Made by a program: the position numbers and the translations under genes. A stretch of 64,000 nt of DNA from Guillardia theta CCMP2712 (taxonomy: Eukaryota > Protista > Cryptophyta). This document shows, in pieces, positions 60,263 through 64,000 of the stretch (position 1 is its first letter; every line of letters starts with the position of its first letter). The stretch covers positions 680,632 to 744,631 of the forward strand of contig NW_005434654.1 of the NCBI RefSeq assembly GCF_000315625.1, written 5' to 3'. Below the pieces are notes generated by a model that was not told where the DNA came from, ran no database searches, and saw nothing but the letters and a program-made list of their open reading frames with translations.

Positions 60263-61770
60263 ATGGAGGACTACAGTCTCCATGATCCGATGCGAACGTT
60301 TGCAAAGGTCAGTCAATATCATCGGCCAACTATGGACGAGATTGCTTTAACCTTTCTTGCTCACAGTGCCGGTCGGGAAGCTGGGTGGTGCGAAAGGAGG
60401 AATTCTCGTTAAACAGAAAGATTGCCGAAGGTGCGATGGGCTCAATTTTCATGGCTATCCTTCGTGGGCAGACTGTTGCCGCAAAGATGTTGAAGAAATC
60501 AGAAACCGCTGGCATGCAGGTGGAGCTCTGACCGCATTTGCTGAAATGTTGACGATGCCATGGCAGGCCTACAGGGATCTCATCACGGAGCTGGATATTT
60601 TGATTTCGATCGGCAAGCATCCGAACATTGTTGAGTTCATTGGTGCGTGCATCGACGATCCACAGAGCCCTATAGGTGAGACCTCTAGACCTGCGGTCTG
60701 ATTGTTGACATCTTGCAGTCTTTGAAGAATACCTGTCTGGGCCATCTGTTGAGAATTTCTTCATAAAGAAGAATTCTGTCAGAGCGACTCGTAGGCCTCG
60801 TGCTCTGCATCACTTTTGCGCTTGTTGACTCGTCGATCAGCGTATAAGCTTCCAAGAAACACTATCATCGGATGGATCCTAGATATGATGCGCGGACTGA
60901 ACTTCCTGCATGACCGAGATCCTATCATAATGTAAGAAAGCTCCTTCTTCGAGGGCGATCTCCGAGCCTGAAGTCAATGCAGACATCGAGACATGAAGCC
61001 TGGGAATCTTCTTCTCAAGGCTGACCTGTCCTCTTTGAAATTAGCTGATTTTGGTACGTTTGCTTGTGCTGAACATCTTTGCGGCATTTGTCAGAACCTG
61101 TTTTTAGGCATGGGGAAAGTGGTCAACCAAGCGATGATCAACTCCATAGTGCATACGGTGATGTGGCGGCTTTACAAAGCTATCTGATAGAACAAAAAGG
61201 GGCATACTGGAGCTGTGCGGTACATGGCTCCTGAAGTATACCACGTTGCAAAGGTGAAGCAAGTGCATGAAAGTGCACAGAACCAATGTGCTTGCAGGGT
61301 CATTACACAGAAAAAGCCGATATTTTCAGCGCAGCCATGATCATGTTGGTGGCAGATTTCTCCAATGCTTGACCACCTGATGTGCTTCAGGTGGTACATC
61401 GCTACAGGTCAAAGGCCGAATCAAGGCCAAGGTCACAATGTCGAGTGGCGACCAGACCTCAACATGGTGAGAGCGTGTGTCGCGGTGAAGTTGATTGACT
61501 TCCCCCTCAGGTTGACTGGGTGGAGCTGAGGCCGATCATCGGTGAGCCCCTTGATCTGCCGTAGCCACCTGACTCCTTGTGGCAGCTCAGGCTTGGTCTG
61601 CTCAGCCCCAGATGCGCCCAAGCGCCCTCGCATGCGTACGCTACTTAAGCTAACTGTGGAGTGTCGCTGAGTTGGTGCAGATCGACCTTCTCCTCAGGCT
61701 AGATGGCGTCAACGAGCTTCTGCTCGTCGGCAGTGTGCCCACGGCAAGCTGCACGTGTACCATGATGTGA
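60263..61770 (+). CDS. Tyrosine-kinase-like (TKL) protein kinase with ~12 short introns
   Basis: IAEGAMGSIF..VAAKML; HPNIVEFIGAC; HRDMKPGNLLL; LKLADFG; TGAVRYMAPEV; YTEKADIFS; predicted end SCTCTMM*. Confidence 0.9.
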
Positions 61771-61934
61771 AGAGAGGTTGAAGCTTCATGTATATGTGCC
61801 TCCCTCATGCTGCTTATGTATGTCAACGTTTATTATCTAATATATGGAATTAACCGCCTTGATCCAACTCGCCGTCTGGCAAAACATGTCAAATCATGCG
61901 TGCAGAAACATTGAAGACTTCAAAACATCCTACA

Positions 61935-64000
61935 TCAAACACGTTGTCCGTTTGGTCCGCTCCATTTACGGAGACATCTCCTGCCCATCCACTGATGTGC
62001 CACGGACCACGGACGTAGCTCGAGTTGGGAGTCCCTACAGTCACCAACTATCTCAGCGGATAACAAGCAAGTCGTTGATGGACCTTCCGCAAGTGGTTGG
62101 TAATCTGGTTCTTCCAGAGTGTTGCAGTAGACCAGATCTGAAGGCGACATGTTCTCCAAGTCACATGCCCCATCTGGCGCAAAGAGAGCTCTCATCTGCG
62201 ATAAGCTCAGAAATCCTCCTCCTGCTCCTCTTCTCTGTGCATTTCTACGCTCCTCCTCTGCGTCCTTCCTAACAAGTTCTGCCTTGATCTCATCCCTTTC
62301 TTCGCATGTCTCTTCCTCGGTCGCCTCTCCATTCCCCTCGTACCGGCAGAAGTCGCAACATATTGCCGAAGGGACGAATCGCTGAGCGACAGTGTCAGGG
62401 TCAAGCCTCCTCGACTCTCCTGATTGTCCTCGTACTGATTTTTAACTTAACTTTGAGTAAAGAAGCTGAGCGTTATGCTTTTATTATCGCTTCTGTAACC
62501 GGTCTGGTCCGGTCCGATCACACTCAGTGACTGTCCGATCCGAGGAGCAATTGCGGGGCCCTCCGAGGCTCCGATGATGGGCCGGCGGCATGCCACCGGC
62601 ACTGAGTCGGCCAATCCGAGACCGCGCCGGCCCAGCCTGTGAGTGAGCCCTGCCGCAGTCACGGCCGGGCTGGCCGGGCCGCCGGGCCGGGGCCGGCCGC
62701 GCCCCACCGGCGACCGTGGCGCCGCGCCGGCCCGGCCCATGGCCGCACCCGGTCACGGTCCTGCGGGGGCGGCCCGGGCCGCGGCTCGGACTCGCGGCCT
62801 CGGAACTCAGTGAACGTGGCCTCACACCGGCGTCCTGGATCATCATCGGAATGAGTCAGCCGGGCTCAGCGGCCGCCGGGCAGCCCGCACGGCGGCACGC
62901 CTGAGGCTCACCGTGAGTCAAGTGGCTGCCGGCCGGCCCCGGCGGGCGGGGGCAGACCCGGTTCAACGGTTCTCGGATCATGAGATCAGGATGGGACGTA
63001 ACTGAGCCTCAGGGCCGGCGGCCGCCTCAAGTTGCCAGTTAAAGCCTCCGGCCGTCACGGTGCACTGAGTTACTTGTAGTTTACCACCGAAGTTGAAAAA
63101 CTTTGAAGAAAAGAATAAGAAAAATGCTATCATCATGCCAGCATAGTCGGACAGGCGGCCCAGGCCGCCGCCGCCAGGCTGATGATCACTGATTAGTCAT
63201 CGTGGGGCAGTGAGTAACTTTGCAGTCACCACGGTGACCGTCGTCCGACCTTACCGTACGGTAAACTGCACGCCGGCGTCCGGTGCCATAATGCCCGGGC
63301 CCGCACCGCCCGAGTGTCGTAAGTCTCAGGACTCCGATCGATCCAACACAATGATGGCTTGGAAAAGATCGTAAAGATTCGCTGTCAGCGCCAGATGAGA
63401 TGGTAAAATCGTTAGCCCCTCCAGCTCGAAAAACTTCAGTGGTGTGCTCAGCGAGTATGCCTGCACGAGCTTCCAGGTCTTGCTGTCGTACTCGTACATG
63501 TTGCATCCTTGCTCATCCGCATAGCTTGCAGACAGCAAGAGGTTCCCGCTTCCCGCCGTGTCGAACTCTCCTCCTTGTGCTCCTCGAATTGTGTTGGTTT
63601 TGATAGGAGGGAGAGGCTCTAGGGTCGGCCACCGGTACCGCTTGATCTCCCGAGCGACCGGAGACTCCGAGGAGTAGAGCACGTCCTCCTTCACTGCTGC
63701 CCATGGCAGGTGGCGTTGCGAAGGCACCCTCTGCGACCTAACCGCCGAGAGGTTCTTGGGGTCGTACTCGACTATGATCGGCCTCACCCATGCCTTGTCT
63801 TCGACGGGCGCGATGATCTTGCCATTGTACATGCTGATGTCGCCGAGGTGATCGTAGTCGTTGGCGACGAGCTCCTGTCGTGCGTCACAGGGTCAGTCTC
63901 TCTCGCATGCACAGGCTGGACGCGGCAGCAGACAGGGCTGACCTGAGGGATGGCGCTGGGGTTGTTCCGCACAGTCGTTGCGAACCTGTCGATCCTGATC
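61935..64000 (-). pseudogene. Gene (possible beta-propeller/EAR-like repeats) split by a 0.9-kb insertion; 5' end outside the window
   Basis: Frame of ORF 63326-63832 (..IIVLDR) continues without stops as SGESRRLDP..MRALF..QRV* at 62423-61935 once the insert is removed. Confidence 0.65.
62425..63338 (-). mobile_element. Inserted element, largely converted to palindrome patchwork
   Basis: Terminus TGTCCTCGTACTGATTTTTAACTTAACTTTGAG is identical to 38108-38140; imperfect TSD CTCCTGAT (62417-62424) / CTCC-GAT (63332-63338). Confidence 0.75.

Noticed and set aside
62447-62904. Gly/Pro/Arg-rich ORFs (also 32486-33127)
   Set aside because: Spurious open frames in GC-rich palindrome patchwork.

Overview
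Gene-dense eukaryotic nuclear DNA with many ~45-60 nt introns and an ASAF-type bipartite plastid-targeting presequence. This suggests a cryptophyte-like alga with a red secondary plastid (inference). About 20 genes are recognisable: Kelch protein, SMYD methyltransferase, PRP19, WSS1, a PDZ protein, a 5'-truncated CDC7-like kinase, P/U-type cyclin, a two-domain membrane nucleotide cyclase, a BRCT protein, DCP2, a CSD-ASCH fusion, an ankyrin-DHHC enzyme, a C2 membrane protein, a nucleotide-sugar transporter and a TKL kinase. The centre (about 22-38 kb) is a repeat field: a scrambled nest of a CRE-clade (RT + CCHC + restriction-like endonuclease) non-LTR retrotransposon repeatedly inserted into itself, a hairpin satellite, and fragments of other elements. 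The most striking signal comes from comparing repeat copies within the window. They diverge mainly by 1-13 nt insertions that often create short fold-back palindromes (e.g. CTCC-C-GGAG, CCTA-C-TAGG, CTTC-C-GAAG, CAC-A-GTG). These insertions stack at the same sites and appear to end in GC-rich palindrome patchworks confined to element boundaries. This may be an undescribed repeat-targeted micro-insertion mutagenesis process. All alignments were done by eye, and exon boundaries of multi-intron genes are approximate.
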